A DNA stretch of 61,460 nt, counting the filler. It is 13 parts of 13 records of this genome, joined end to end, with 100 filler letters (N's around TTAATTAATTAA, not from the genome) between each part and the next. Parts side by side here need not be neighbours in the genome. Positions count along the whole stretch, not along the records: positions 28,766 to 34,709 come from SRR15195285_5724; positions 34,810 to 38,001 come from SRR15195285_5729; positions 38,102 to 42,903 come from SRR15195285_5747; positions 43,004 to 46,227 come from SRR15195285_5750; 9 more parts are not named here. The stretch is one strand, 5' to 3'. Of the stretch, positions 32,901-44,253 are shown in pieces (the stretch's first letter is position 1; each line of letters starts with the position of its first letter). The translations under genes were made by a program, and so were the position numbers. A model generated the notes under the pieces. It searched no databases and was not told the DNA's origin. It worked only from the letters and a program-made list of their open reading frames with translations.

Positions 32901-34416
32901 ATCGATCGAGGCGTGCCTGCTCAGCCTCCCATTGCTCGCGATCCCTTTCTGTCATCTGCCCTTCATCCCCCGTCGCACCACCATCTGCGTCGCTCATATC
33001 CTCGGGCTTCCCAGAGCTGCGCCGCTTGTCACGATCATCACCATCGCGCGCAGGTGTCTGTCCGGTCTTTTTCCGGTTGGAGGCCCAGCTGTTGTAATGA
33101 TAGCTCGGCGTAGAAGCAGGTGTTTCGTCAGCGCGGCGAGGACGGCCGAGGCTGTCCAATTCACTATCTCGAAGTGGTGTCGCACCCTCGCGCCGCGAGC
33201 TCGTGCCAGACGAGGGCCGTCGTGAGCTCTCTGTCCACACGTCACTCGACGGCGTGGGCGGCTCTTCCCAACGATTGTCACCACGTTCCGAATCACGTGA
33301 GCGGCGGGCCCTGTCGCGGTCTCTGTCGCGGTCTCTGTTCCTGTCCCGATCCCGATCCCTGTCCCGGTCCCTATCCCTATCCCGGTCGCTGTCTCTGTCG
33401 TTCAGGTGCCGGCCACCGTCGCGATCTGAGCGCACGGCGCCCCGCCCGCGATCACGCTGGTGTCGGCGCTCTATGGCAGCTCTGGCCTCTGCACTTACAG
33501 CACTGCCGCCTTGTCCAGGAGTCATGTTGCCTGCAGAACGCCGGCGTATCTTCTTCTTCTTCGCCTCGCCAATCTTCGAGCCGCCGTCGCGCCTCTGTGC
33601 ACCACGCTCGGTGCTACCACCCGCCTCGTCAGCGTCTTCGTCCTCCTCCCCAAAGCTGAGAAGCGGCTTCTTCTTTGTCTTTGTCGGGGCCTCACCCTTC
33701 GCACCAGCCTCGGCCGCTGCCTCTGCGCGCTTCTTCTCCGCGAGCGCCTGCAGCCCCAGCTGAGACTCCTTGGCCTCCGGCCGAGCGAACACGTGTCTCT
33801 CAGCGCCTTGCTTGGACGGCGGCAGAATCAGGCCGCCGCGCATCTGGCGGGGCTTAGCTTGGCCGGTAGTGCTCCCATCCGCCCCAAGCTTCTCCTGCTG
33901 CCCACCGAAGCTGCGCGAGAACGGCAGCGACGCCGGCACGCTGGGCCCACCCGCCGCCGCCGCCTCCTGCGCCGCCTGCGCCGCCCTGGCCGCCGCCGAT
34001 CGCTGCAGCCGATCATTCGCCCTCAAAATCCCCTCGTACAGCGTCTCCACAAACTCCCTATCAAAGCTCCCATACGCGCTCGCGCGCTCGCCAAACCCGC
34101 CGACATCCCCGCTGTCCAGCGCTTCCCTGCGTTGCCAACCACCAACCAGCTCAGCAAACCCCACCTCCCCTCCAAACAACCAAACCGCCCACCCTCCCCA
34201 CCACCACCACCACCACCAACACCACCACAACCTCCACCACCTCCACCACCTCCAGCTCCACCACCACCAAGAACGCCCATGAGCAGAGGGATAGACGCAC
34301 CGGATGACAGATCGCCCGAGCTCGCGGTTCGTCGCCTCGAGGTTGAGCGCCCGGGAGACCTTGAGCGCGATGTCCTCCACCGTGAACTTGTCGTTCACCG
34401 CGCTGATCGTCCCCAT
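29936..34416 (-). CDS. DHX38: Pre-mRNA splicing DEAH helicase PRP16/DHX38; introns 34127-34300, 30261-30359 and about 30068-30153
   Basis: [27 protein letters not shown] plus PRP16-type [38 protein letters not shown]-repeat N-terminal region. Confidence 0.95.
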
Positions 34417-34709
34417 CGCCCTGCTGTGAGCTGCCCAGTCAACTGTATGGGGTAAGAAACAGGGCGGCCACTTTTCGCAGCACCAGCTCACACAGGCTGG
34501 CTCAGAATTCAGCACCCCGCGGAGTGAAAACAATACGAATTTCAATACGAATTTCAATAGTAATGCGCAAGAAAAGGCGGCGACTCGAGGGTGTCAGAGA
34601 GGGCGGTGCACTGCATTTGCAGATTTGACAGTGACCGGACTTGTTTTTTCAAAATGCAAAGGAATTCACTGCATTTGCACGTACAATCAAGCGCCGGGAT
34701 GTATTAGAA

Positions 34710-34809
34710 NNNNNNNNNNNNNNNNNNNNNNNNNNNNNNNNNNNNNNNNNNNNTTAATTAATTAANNNNNNNNNNNNNNNNNNNNNNNNNNNNNNNNNNN
34801 NNNNNNNNN
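34710..34809. other. Artificial contig linker
   Basis: N44-TTAATTAATTAA-N44. Confidence 0.99.
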
Positions 34810-37800
34810 GAGGAGATGCCCACCGGCAACACGTGGTGGTACCCGTACACATACTGTGACAACTGCCCAAGTGGTTCTTTCGACGATGATATGGACCCAA
34901 CAACCCCTTGTCTGGCTTGCATTGCCGGCGAGTACTCCCCAGGCAGAACGAACAGCTGCATAGACTGCGAGCCTGGATTCGCTGATGCTGGTTCCAACCC
35001 CGGCACAGTCTGCACAGCATGCCACACAGGACAATATTCAGGTGACCGTGCAACAGTGTGCTGGGACTGCCAAGCAGGCGAGAAGGACGTAGATTCTGAT
35101 CTGTCTACTCCGTGTGTCGCGTGCAACGCTGGGCAGTTTGCGGCAGTAGCGTCAACCACGTGCGCCACCTGCGATGCTGGCCAGGCAGACCTGGACTCTG
35201 ATCCGGCGACAGCGTGTGCTTCTTGCCCTGCCGGCAAATTTGCAGCGTCGGGCTCCACCAGCTGTGCTGTCTTTTCTACAGGACAAGTGGACCATGATTC
35301 TGATGCTTCGACAGCGTGTGAATCGTGCGTTGTTGGGGAGTACTCAGCACCAGGTGAGACTGCATGCAGCATTTGCGCAGCTGGGACGCACGACGATGAC
35401 TCCGATCCAGGCACACCGTGTGTTGCCTGCCCACCAGGCACAGAGACGTTGGCCGAAGGCCGTTGCCTCGATGCCAGTCGAGTTGTAACTGCTCTGAACG
35501 CTGGAGCTGACGATGAAGAAAGATGCGAGTCGGTTCGCAATACTAATACCTGGACGCCTGCAGCATGCACGCAGAATTCCGATTCGTCACCGGTGGTAGA
35601 TGTAACATCCGAGAGTGTTTGCGAGGTCGAGTCCACAGGTCGTTTCTGGGACGGCTCGAATTGGCTTGAGGGGCGCTGCTGGGCCACTCTGCAGCAAACT
35701 GTGTCGGGGATCAACCCGGGTGCACAGACTGTAACAACAGCAAATGCTGAAACATCTGTCGTGGCTGGCGTGAAACTACAGCTCGCCGATGCCCCAGGGC
35801 AGTCTTGCCTAGCGACTCCACTGGACACCGACCTGGAGGTTGAGTCGAGGGTTGGATCAACGATCACGTTCGTGCCGGGGTCCACCACCGCAGGAGATGC
35901 TGCATCGGCAGCAAATTGTGTGTTGCGAGAACCCGTGACAGCGGCTAATCAGCCTGACTGCGAGGAGAACCCACTACCTCGGACATGGACTGATCCAGGT
36001 TGCTATGACGCTAGTGGTGTTTCACTGGCAGGTACAGTGGAGAACAATGACATCGGGTCCTGCACGACAGAGTCTAGTGGCCACATTTGGAATGAAGGAG
36101 TGTGCACTAAGTCAGATCTGTCGCTTGACACGGAAGCGACAGACGAATACAGTTGCTTAGTTGAGGTTACAAACAACATGGAATTTTCTGCAGCATTCTG
36201 CACTCTGACGGACGGCACACAGAGTGAACGAACGCGTTCTGACTGTGAAACTGCAACTGACAGCGTCTGGACCTACGCTAGGTGTTCTGACGCTCGGTCT
36301 CCCATCGACAATGATGAGGCCACCTGCTACCAGCAAGACAGGCCGAATACCTGGCATCCCGAGAGTTGTGAGGACGAAAACTTTGCGCCTGTGACGCCGA
36401 CTCCTGAGTCTGAGGTGCTTTGCGAGCGTGATCCAACAGGCAATTCCTGGCAACCGGTGGGGAGCTACTGTGCTGACTGTGTTGCTGGACGAGCAGACAT
36501 TGACTCTGACGGTGGTGCAGAGACATCCTGTGATGTGTGCCCGTCAGGCACGTACGCGCCAGTTCGTAGCACGGTCTGTGAGCCTTGCCCGAGCGGGACA
36601 TACGACACAGAGACTGCGTGTACATCGAAAACAGGGGCAGTTGTAGTTGCTGAAACGGAGGCGGAGTGCTTAGGATCATGCACTGTCTTGCCTGGAACCA
36701 CCGAAGAGGAGGCAGCAGAGGAAACCACGTGTGAGCTAAGTGTCAGTAGCTGCGCAGTTGCGACAGGGTCTGGGTCCTGCGAATATGTTACATCGAGCAA
36801 CACTTGGTTCCTAACAGCGTCTACTCCATGTGTGGCCTGTGCGATAGGCCGTGTCGCGGTTGATGCAGTCACAAACTGCGACGCCTGCGCCGATGGCTTG
36901 GCTGATGTGGACAGCGTCTATGCGTGGATTGAAATCGGCGTACGTGGCACCGCAAACGCAGCCGGCGTCCTTGTTCTCCTGCTCGCGACGATGGACCACA
37001 AGCTCTCGTTCGGCGGCACGATTGGTACGGGTCATGTTGGTGCCCTCGTGGTCGCGATGATGTGCTTGAACACTACGCTCGGCGAAGGCATCGGCTCGAC
37101 CGAGAGACCGCCTTTGCGCTCGGCACCGCTGGGTAAAGGTGGCACTCCAACATCCGATGGTGTGATCACGTTGACACCGAACATCTTGCCACGTCGAGCG
37201 TTGCAGAGGTCTTCGAATCCTGCTTGCGCTACTTCAAGCGATGGAACACAAAACGGAGGATGGGCCAGTGCACGGTCATGTACGCGATATTTCGGATGGG
37301 GTTATACGTGCGAAACCTTGATCGGAACTTATGAAGGATGCGGTGCTGCATGCGAAGCTTGCGGTCCAAACGGTCCAGATTGGCAAGCCTCCGACGCCAC
37401 CCACGACCAATGCAACAGTTGGCAGCTCACCGCGCACGAAGACGGGTGGGGCGACGCGGCTATGCACATCCACGCGTCGGGTGTTCTACAAATTGAGAAC
37501 TTCATCTACGTGGACGACGAGTACGTCACAGCCGGCGTGGCCGAGGCGTGCCTTCACCCGTCGGATTGCTACGAGATCACGGTCGACGGCCCGACCACGG
37601 CGCGATGGAGTATCCATGACGCGTTTGGCATCGTCGTCGTGGAGGGATCCGCACCGTTCTCGGGCGAGGTGTGCCATTGCAGCGCACATGTGGACCTCCT
37701 TCACTACGGTGGCGATGTTTGCTCGAATTGCACCGGGCTTGCGATGCCGGTCGGTGGTACGCGTGGAGACTGCAGCTTGGACGGCACTTTGGAGCACGAT

Positions 37801-38001
37801 CGTCGATGCTTGCAAACATGCGCCGAGGGTTCAAAATCGTTGCCGACAACATGTTTCAACGGCACAATGCGCGCGCCAGAGGGATGTTGTGCCGCGGGGT
37901 CTAGTTGGAACGGGGAGGGTGGTGTGGCGTGTGAACCATGCGAAGCAGGGCGATACGATGGCGACTCGGATCCCTCGACGCCGTGCGATGCGTGCCCCAC
38001 G
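34810..38001 (+). CDS. Fragment of a large Cys-rich surface protein (GCC2/GCC3, ephrin-receptor-like repeats), open at both ends, possibly two joined genes
   Basis: Repeated CxxCxxG-x-[YF]...D-x-DSDP-x-T-x-C units; no stop across the contig. Confidence 0.8.
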
Positions 38002-38101
38002 NNNNNNNNNNNNNNNNNNNNNNNNNNNNNNNNNNNNNNNNNNNNTTAATTAATTAANNNNNNNNNNNNNNNNNNNNNNNNNNNNNNNNNNNNNNNNNNN
38101 N
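38002..38101. other. Artificial contig linker
   Basis: N44-TTAATTAATTAA-N44. Confidence 0.99.
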
Positions 38102-38516
38102 CCTATAGAGCGGTGCAGGTAGAGATTTGGTATTTATTGCTAGAGTGTTCCACTACAATAATGTACTCTAACTCTTTGTACTCGAACTTACAGGCCACTC
38201 GAGCCACCCGGATGGGGGCGGATGCCCGGCACCGGGTACATACCGCGCGGCCGGTACCTATCTACGTACTAGTATGGGTGCGGGAGCGGTGCGGTCCTCG
38301 GTCGGGGTCGCGTGGCTGGGACGCCCACGCAGCCTGACTGGGGGCTCAGAGAGCAGGTCTGGGTGCTTGAGCAGTACCGCAGGCGGTGCGAGCTCCCCCC
38401 CTGCCCCCACGCCCTGCGGGCTCTGCGGGGGGCCCTGGGGAGGGAAGGCGGAAGGTTGCGGCAGTCGTGGAGGTCTTACCGGTTTTGGAGCCGGGGCCGA
38501 GTCGGTCAAGCGGACG

Positions 38517-40112
38517 ATGACGCGAGCGCTCGGCGGGAACCCTACGACGCAACGGGGCAAGGTGCAGCCGCCGGAGAGTACTACCCCCGTCAAGCAGCGG
38601 CTGCATAGCCAGGTGGCTTCGCCGTACGCAAACGCACAGACGAGCCCCGCGGTGTCGCTGCCAGGCAGTCCTGGCTTCGACTCGCCTCCACGCCTGTATG
38701 ACCCCCCGCAATCAGGTGAGCGACTGAGCGAGTCAGCAGAGCTCGACAGACTTCGCGGCAGCGACGCCTTCATCGGCCTCACTCCACTGCGCGAGCGGGC
38801 TGGCGAGGCCTTCTCAGGTGTTATGTCGGAATCACAGGAGAGCGGTAGGAGCGGAAGTCTCGGGTTGTCCGGGCCGCTCTCCAAATCTGCGCCCGATATC
38901 TTGCCATCCATCAACAAGGGCCGGACACCACAAATGGAGCGCGCTGTGCAGAAGTTTCTCGGGCGTCGCGAGCGGCTTGCACTGGCCGCAGAGACGCGCG
39001 ACACTCGTGCGGAAGAGGCGCGATGCAAGGTACAGGCCGAGCGTTCCACGAAGGGTGGCGACCGCTCGAAAAAGTACAGCGATGCAGTGGAACGAGTGAA
39101 AGTGCGGGCAGATGCTGCTCGGGGGAAAAGAAGGGCAGAGCGTAATGCTCACCGCGAAAAGACGCGTGCAGGCGTGCGACGCGAGATGTTGGCCGAGGCT
39201 AAGGCCAAGATTCAGCAGGCGCGGCAGAAAGCCGCGCAGATGGCGAAACCGAAGCTCAGTTTCATCGATCACCACCAGATGCTCGCTTCGAAAGCAAACT
39301 ACCCAAGCGCCGCGGACTATTCCTTTCACGGCAAACTTGATGCGCGCGGAGTTAAAATCGCTGAGGGTAGGCTGCCCAGCGATATCGAGCAGCAGATTGC
39401 CTTGGCGGCGAAGCTTCCTGGTCCTGGCGAGTACCTGGCGATTGGAGCGATCGACCATCGCCCCGCGCTGCCAGGCACCACGCGCACAGGATCAGGCGCC
39501 AAGCCCTTCCAGCTGCGGCCACCGGACGACGTCGAGATCCTCATGCGGCGAACTGCAGACCTTCCATCGCCTGGTGAATATCCAATTGGTCATGCCTCAC
39601 CGGAACCATATGGACGCTATGGCAAATGTGAGCCCATAACAAGTAAGTGGTCCGTCACCGCTCGGGACGACTGCTTTCCGTTTTCTCCGTTCAAATACGC
39701 CACAATGCAAGGGTTGGATGGTCCTGGCCCGGCCGATTACGGAGACACAAACGAGGTCATGTTTGGTGTCGGTAGCAACATCGTCACGCCAGGTGCTTTG
39801 CGCGGGGGTGGTAGGAACGATGTCGACCCAAGGTCAAAGGAGGCTGGGGTTTACAACATTGCACGTATGCTTGAGCCAGGACCAGGAGCCTATGGTGCCC
39901 CTATGCCTTACGGAAGCCGCCCGAACCACAACCCACCGCGGTTTGCCCAGAGTCACGATCGAAATTTTATCGAGCAAGAGCTGTATGATTCCCGAGACAA
40001 GTTTGGACCATCGATGCCAGAGACACCGCCGACATTCGCAGAGACGATCGAATGGGAGCAAGAAGCTGCACTGCTTGCGAAGATCGATGAGGCAGAGAAA
40101 GCGACTCAGTGA
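38517..40112 (+). CDS. SHIPPO/ODF3-like PG-rich repeat (ciliary) protein
   Basis: LPGPGEY, LPSPGEY, GPGPADY, EPGPGAY repeats after a coiled coil. Start ATG is inferred. Confidence 0.7.
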   Translation: MTRALGGNPTTQRGKVQPPESTTPVKQRLHSQVASPYANAQTSPAVSLPGSPGFDSPPRLYDPPQSGERLSESAELDRLRGSDAFIGLTPLRERAGEAFSGVMSESQESGRSGSLGLSGPLSKSAPDILPSINKGRTPQMERAVQKFLGRRERLALAAETRDTRAEEARCKVQAERSTKGGDRSKKYSDAVERVKVRADAARGKRRAERNAHREKTRAGVRREMLAEAKAKIQQARQKAAQMAKPKLSFIDHHQMLASKANYPSAADYSFHGKLDARGVKIAEGRLPSDIEQQIALAAKLPGPGEYLAIGAIDHRPALPGTTRTGSGAKPFQLRPPDDVEILMRRTADLPSPGEYPIGHASPEPYGRYGKCEPITSKWSVTARDDCFPFSPFKYATMQGLDGPGPADYGDTNEVMFGVGSNIVTPGALRGGGRNDVDPRSKEAGVYNIARMLEPGPGAYGAPMPYGSRPNHNPPRFAQSHDRNFIEQELYDSRDKFGPSMPETPPTFAETIEWEQEAALLAKIDEAEKATQ

Positions 40113-40190
40113 GTTGAATGTAAATGACAGGGTGTCCAGAATGTTGAGCGACTACACAGCCTGCTACCAAATCCTCGTTTCTCAGCATGC

Positions 40191-42611
40191 TCATGTCCTG
40201 AGCTCGTAGTACTTGTTCGTCTTTGGGTCATAGTAGCACGAAAGTATTGGATCATAGAGCAAGTCAATTTCTTCGGCGCCACCACCACCACCGCTGCCAT
40301 CTTTAACACGCTGCCCGAGTTGCTCACCACCCGGCTCACTGCCGCCGACACTGGCGTCAGCCCCGAGAGCAACGGATGTAGAAGCAGCGACCGTACGCAG
40401 GTTGGACGGTGGGACGAGTGGAGGTGTGAAGCTTCGCTCTAGACCTGCCAACCGTGCCTCGAACGCAGCCTGACCGCTGTAACCCTCGGGGCTCAAACCA
40501 GTTCCGTCACCGACAGACAGCTTCTGCGGAGTGGCGTGCTGTGTGTCTGCATCGCTCCCGGCAACGCCCTGGCCATGGATCATCCCAGGTGCTCCTTCTC
40601 CGCTTTCAGGTCCGACATGACCTCCGGAAGCACTCAACCCAACGCTCGAGCTTGAGTGGCGATGGTCACCACCATACGATTCAGATTGCGACTGAGATCC
40701 TTCTAGGCGGACGTAGTCATCATCGTCTGCGAATCCTATGGAAGTATTCTTCGGCGATCCACCAGTATAAAATCCATGAGATCCCTCCGTTCCAAAGCCT
40801 GGTGCAGAGTCGTCACCGTGACGGTTGAGATCATTGTCTGCCTCGTCGCTGTAACGGTTGCGGTCGTACTGTCCCCTTTCATAGTGGTGGCCACTCCTGC
40901 CGCCTCGGCCTCTGTCACCACCGCCCTCGTTCTCTTCGAACTCTCCCCCAGTTCCCACACTGTCAGCGTACTCAACTAGCTCTTCTGCGACAGAGCCCGC
41001 ATGCGATGGCACTGGAGACGCGGCGCCTGCCTCAGACTTTAGCGCCCCCAGCGTTTGTTGCCCAGCATGAGAACCGACCGCAGGGCCACCGAACCGAGCC
41101 ATATACGACTCCTCCAACCGAGCCAAATGAGCGCGCTTTCTTTCAATCTCCTGTTGCCGCAGCTCTGCTGACTGCCGCACTGCACCGCGCTGCCGATCTT
41201 TGGACCACCGTGGCTCCGGCTCCGGCTCGGGTATTGGGCGCTCTGAGCGAGGGCTTCCATCCCAGCCACCTCCAAGTGGGCTACGAAACTCCATTTCTTC
41301 CGCTAGCTGGTGGTTAGTAGCCAGAGATCCACCCTTCGCGACCGCAGCCTCAATCTCTGCCATCTGCGCATCCTTCTGTGCAAGCACGCCCATCACGTCC
41401 TCTACCGCCCCGCGAGACGCCGCCTCCTGCCGCCGCTCATCGGCCCGGGCGTCAAGGCCACTCAGAGGTTTGCGTTGCTGTCGTGCCTCGCGGATCGGGC
41501 TTCGACGTTTAGCCGAGGTCCGCCCGGAGCGGTTCGGGCTGCGATCTTTGGTAGACGCACGGCCGGAACGCTGTGAATTGTCAGGCCCCAGGCCACTGTC
41601 TACGCGTGAAGAGCTGCGTTTCGAGCCAGCAGTGCCACCCCGAGACGCGCCTTTGTGTCCGCCAGCGCTGTTGCTTGGGGTCTGTAGGCGCGAGTGAGAC
41701 GTGCCTGGCGTCCTGACACGCGATCCAGCTGTTTGCGCTCGGGAGCCAGCCGTTCCTGGGGGCCTGGATGCACCAGCCTGCTCGATTCGCCGCCCGAACG
41801 CGACCTGAGCGCTGGACGCAGCGGATAAGGCACCTTCGCGTGCCGCGGGAAATTTGGCTTGCGAGGGCGACACGGTATCGCCCAAGCGCTCCATTGCCTC
41901 AGCGGTCTGACTCCCAGGCGGCGTGTATGTCTCTCCGCGAGCTGCGGCCTCCCATGCGTAGAGTTTGTGCATATGAAAAATCTGGTTGACATATTGCACC
42001 CCGGGAAGGAAATGCCAGCTCTTCGGCGCCTCTTCGACGGGTGTGGCCTGCCAGATTGTGCGGTCACAGCCGAGCTTCACGTCATCCTCTGTGGTGTCCA
42101 CCAAGGCGCCACGTAGTGTGGCGATCCGCCGCAGCTTGCACGCCGCGCCCACGCTTATGAGCTCCACTGATTGAAATTCAGTGCCTGGCCACAGCCGCGC
42201 CGTCATGTCTCGCACATCGAAGCACAGGTTGAGCCAGATACCGCGCTGGATCGGCCCCATCGGGACGCGAGCGTGGAGCGCAGTAGCGACAGTCTCCTTG
42301 TTGCCAGAGTTACACACTATGCGACGTCGCTTGCGAGTCGTGTCGATCAGCGCGATCTCCACGGCAATCCCCTTACTCGGCGGGATCTTGACCTGAAGTG
42401 CCAAGAACCCCTGCGTCAAAGCCAGGGCCCCGCGCTCATCCTTTGGCACCTGGATCTTCGACATCCCATCCAAATCGAAGATGAACGATTTGACCTCCTT
42501 GTCATAGAGCTTCTTCGGCTTGCCGCTAACCTTCCAGTCCTTCAGCGGCGCACTGCCCTGCGCGGTGAAGACCTCCACCGACGCCCCCCCATGGAACGCG
42601 CCCGCAAACAT
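40191..42611 (-). CDS. CFAP20DC: CFAP20 domain-containing protein (C3orf67/CFAP20DC)
   Basis: N-terminal DUF667 (MFAGAFHGGASVEVFTAQG...WLNLCFD...CKLRRI) and the characteristic C-terminus DLLYDPILSCYYDPKTNKYYEL. Confidence 0.9.
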   Translation of the reverse strand: MFAGAFHGGASVEVFTAQGSAPLKDWKVSGKPKKLYDKEVKSFIFDLDGMSKIQVPKDERGALALTQGFLALQVKIPPSKGIAVEIALIDTTRKRRRIVCNSGNKETVATALHARVPMGPIQRGIWLNLCFDVRDMTARLWPGTEFQSVELISVGAACKLRRIATLRGALVDTTEDDVKLGCDRTIWQATPVEEAPKSWHFLPGVQYVNQIFHMHKLYAWEAAARGETYTPPGSQTAEAMERLGDTVSPSQAKFPAAREGALSAASSAQVAFGRRIEQAGASRPPGTAGSRAQTAGSRVRTPGTSHSRLQTPSNSAGGHKGASRGGTAGSKRSSSRVDSGLGPDNSQRSGRASTKDRSPNRSGRTSAKRRSPIREARQQRKPLSGLDARADERRQEAASRGAVEDVMGVLAQKDAQMAEIEAAVAKGGSLATNHQLAEEMEFRSPLGGGWDGSPRSERPIPEPEPEPRWSKDRQRGAVRQSAELRQQEIERKRAHLARLEESYMARFGGPAVGSHAGQQTLGALKSEAGAASPVPSHAGSVAEELVEYADSVGTGGEFEENEGGGDRGRGGRSGHHYERGQYDRNRYSDEADNDLNRHGDDSAPGFGTEGSHGFYTGGSPKNTSIGFADDDDYVRLEGSQSQSESYGGDHRHSSSSVGLSASGGHVGPESGEGAPGMIHGQGVAGSDADTQHATPQKLSVGDGTGLSPEGYSGQAAFEARLAGLERSFTPPLVPPSNLRTVAASTSVALGADASVGGSEPGGEQLGQRVKDGSGGGGGAEEIDLLYDPILSCYYDPKTNKYYELRT

Positions 42612-42903
42612 CCCGTGCCCACGCCAGCCCGAGAGCCCCGACGTCAGCTGCTCACGACTCCCCTCCCTGAGCGGATCCCGGGGCACGCACCGCTGCTGTT
42701 TTGCGAGCCAAGCAAGCCCCGGTGGCGCGCACAGCCAGCCACTCTTCCGCACGCCAAGCAAGCAGCTCCAGTGGCGCTGGCGGGGCTCACAGTGAGCTGT
42801 TGACCATCCAAGGCAGCAGCGCCATCACCGTCATCGCCATCATATATGCTGAATATCGAGATCTCTCCTCGCTATTCACAGGCTGGCTCAGGATTCAATC
42901 CAC

Positions 42904-43003
42904 NNNNNNNNNNNNNNNNNNNNNNNNNNNNNNNNNNNNNNNNNNNNTTAATTAATTAANNNNNNNNNNNNNNNNNNNNNNNNNNNNNNNNNNNNNNNNN
43001 NNN
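42904..43003. other. Artificial contig linker
   Basis: N44-TTAATTAATTAA-N44. Confidence 0.99.
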
Positions 43004-43005
43004 GC

Positions 43006-44115
43006 GACGGGGAGATTGATCTCGATGAGTTCAAGGCCATCATGATGACGGCGGTCCCATCCGATGCGCCTGCAGAGGAGCGCACTCTGCGGAGGAAAAT
43101 GCGATCGACCGTCCGCGCACTCATCATGCAGAGTCGCATGGCAGCGGCGTTTAGTGGCTTCAATGCCCGCTACGACTTCCTGCGCTTTCAGGACGCGAAG
43201 ATCATCGCTCCTGAGAACCAGACCATCCGCCGGCTGCACCAGTCGGCCACGACAATGGAAGCAGCCGAGGCGATGCGTACAGCAGGTGAGCTATTTGCTC
43301 CCGTGTACGAAGACGAGGCGTGTAAGGAAGATCCGATTGGCTTCGTGAGTATGATGGACATCGTCCACACGATGCTCGACTCAGTGAAGCTTGCCTTCAA
43401 AATGGAGTCCAACGACACAATGGCAGTGCAGATGCGGCTGGAGAAGATCACTGACTCCGCAGGACAGTTTGCGCAAACTACATGCAAGAGCATCTGTGAC
43501 AACAAGTGGAACGCCATCCGGCCGGGCTACAGTGTGAACGACGTGGGGATGGTTCTGAAGAAAGGAGCTACGCGCGTTCCGTATATCGGCGAGGACGGTG
43601 ATCTCGCCTACATTATCTCGCAGCAGAGTTTCGTGGCGTCTTTCAACGATGACCCAAAAGTCCGGCTGGGTGGCGTCGGTCATGTTACTGCAATGGATTT
43701 GGGCGGCATTAAGCCGTTGACGACGGTAACGGAGAAGAGTCAGCTGGTGTCAGCGTTCGAGCTGCTGATGGAAGATCAGCCCTCAGGTGCCGTTGCAATG
43801 GTCGATTCGGAGACAGGCGAGATCAAGTGGTATATCAGTGCTGATACTCTCAAGGCCGCAGGGAGCACAGGCCCAGAGCTGGCCACGTGCCTCTCGAAAC
43901 CAATCGAAGATCTTTACGAGGTCTTGGTAAAACAACCTGAGTTCAAGAAGCCAGTGTGCATTACACCAGATGCTTCAATGCTTGAGATGGTCAAGGTGAT
44001 TGTAGAGACGAACAGCCACAGATTATGGGTGGTGGATAGTGCGAAGAGGCCGATCGGCGTAGTGTCCTTGACCAACATGATCGGATGCATTATGAAGACA
44101 GAAGATAAGAAGTGA
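43006..44115 (+). CDS. 5'-truncated EF-hand plus CBS-domain (AMPK-gamma-like) protein
   Basis: DGEIDLDEFKAIM EF loop at the contig start. CBS motifs APVY...IGFVSMMDI and HRLWVVD...PIGVVSLTN. Confidence 0.8.
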   Translation, partial: DGEIDLDEFKAIMMTAVPSDAPAEERTLRRKMRSTVRALIMQSRMAAAFSGFNARYDFLRFQDAKIIAPENQTIRRLHQSATTMEAAEAMRTAGELFAPVYEDEACKEDPIGFVSMMDIVHTMLDSVKLAFKMESNDTMAVQMRLEKITDSAGQFAQTTCKSICDNKWNAIRPGYSVNDVGMVLKKGATRVPYIGEDGDLAYIISQQSFVASFNDDPKVRLGGVGHVTAMDLGGIKPLTTVTEKSQLVSAFELLMEDQPSGAVAMVDSETGEIKWYISADTLKAAGSTGPELATCLSKPIEDLYEVLVKQPEFKKPVCITPDASMLEMVKVIVETNSHRLWVVDSAKRPIGVVSLTNMIGCIMKTEDKK

Positions 44116-44253
44116 TGATTGTCAGCAAGAACACGAGCCACCAACAAAAAGCATTATTTATGATTATGAGGACACAGACGTGACCAGCTGCCTGTTGCGT
44201 GCCCATTCTTCACACTGCATTATTTTGTCGCCTACTATCTACGCTTTCTGAGT

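Noticed and set aside
33310-33400. Hexamer tandem repeat as a mobile or regulatory element
   Set aside because: It encodes the RD dipeptide region of PRP16.
34127-34300. Poly-Trp (or opposite-strand poly-His/Pro) protein segment
   Set aside because: It is a TGG microsatellite inside a GT-AG intron of PRP16.
34758-35888. Long antisense ORFs here and at 24929-25948, 33460-34455, 56587-57609
   Set aside because: Shadows of real genes in GC-rich DNA, with no recognisable domains.
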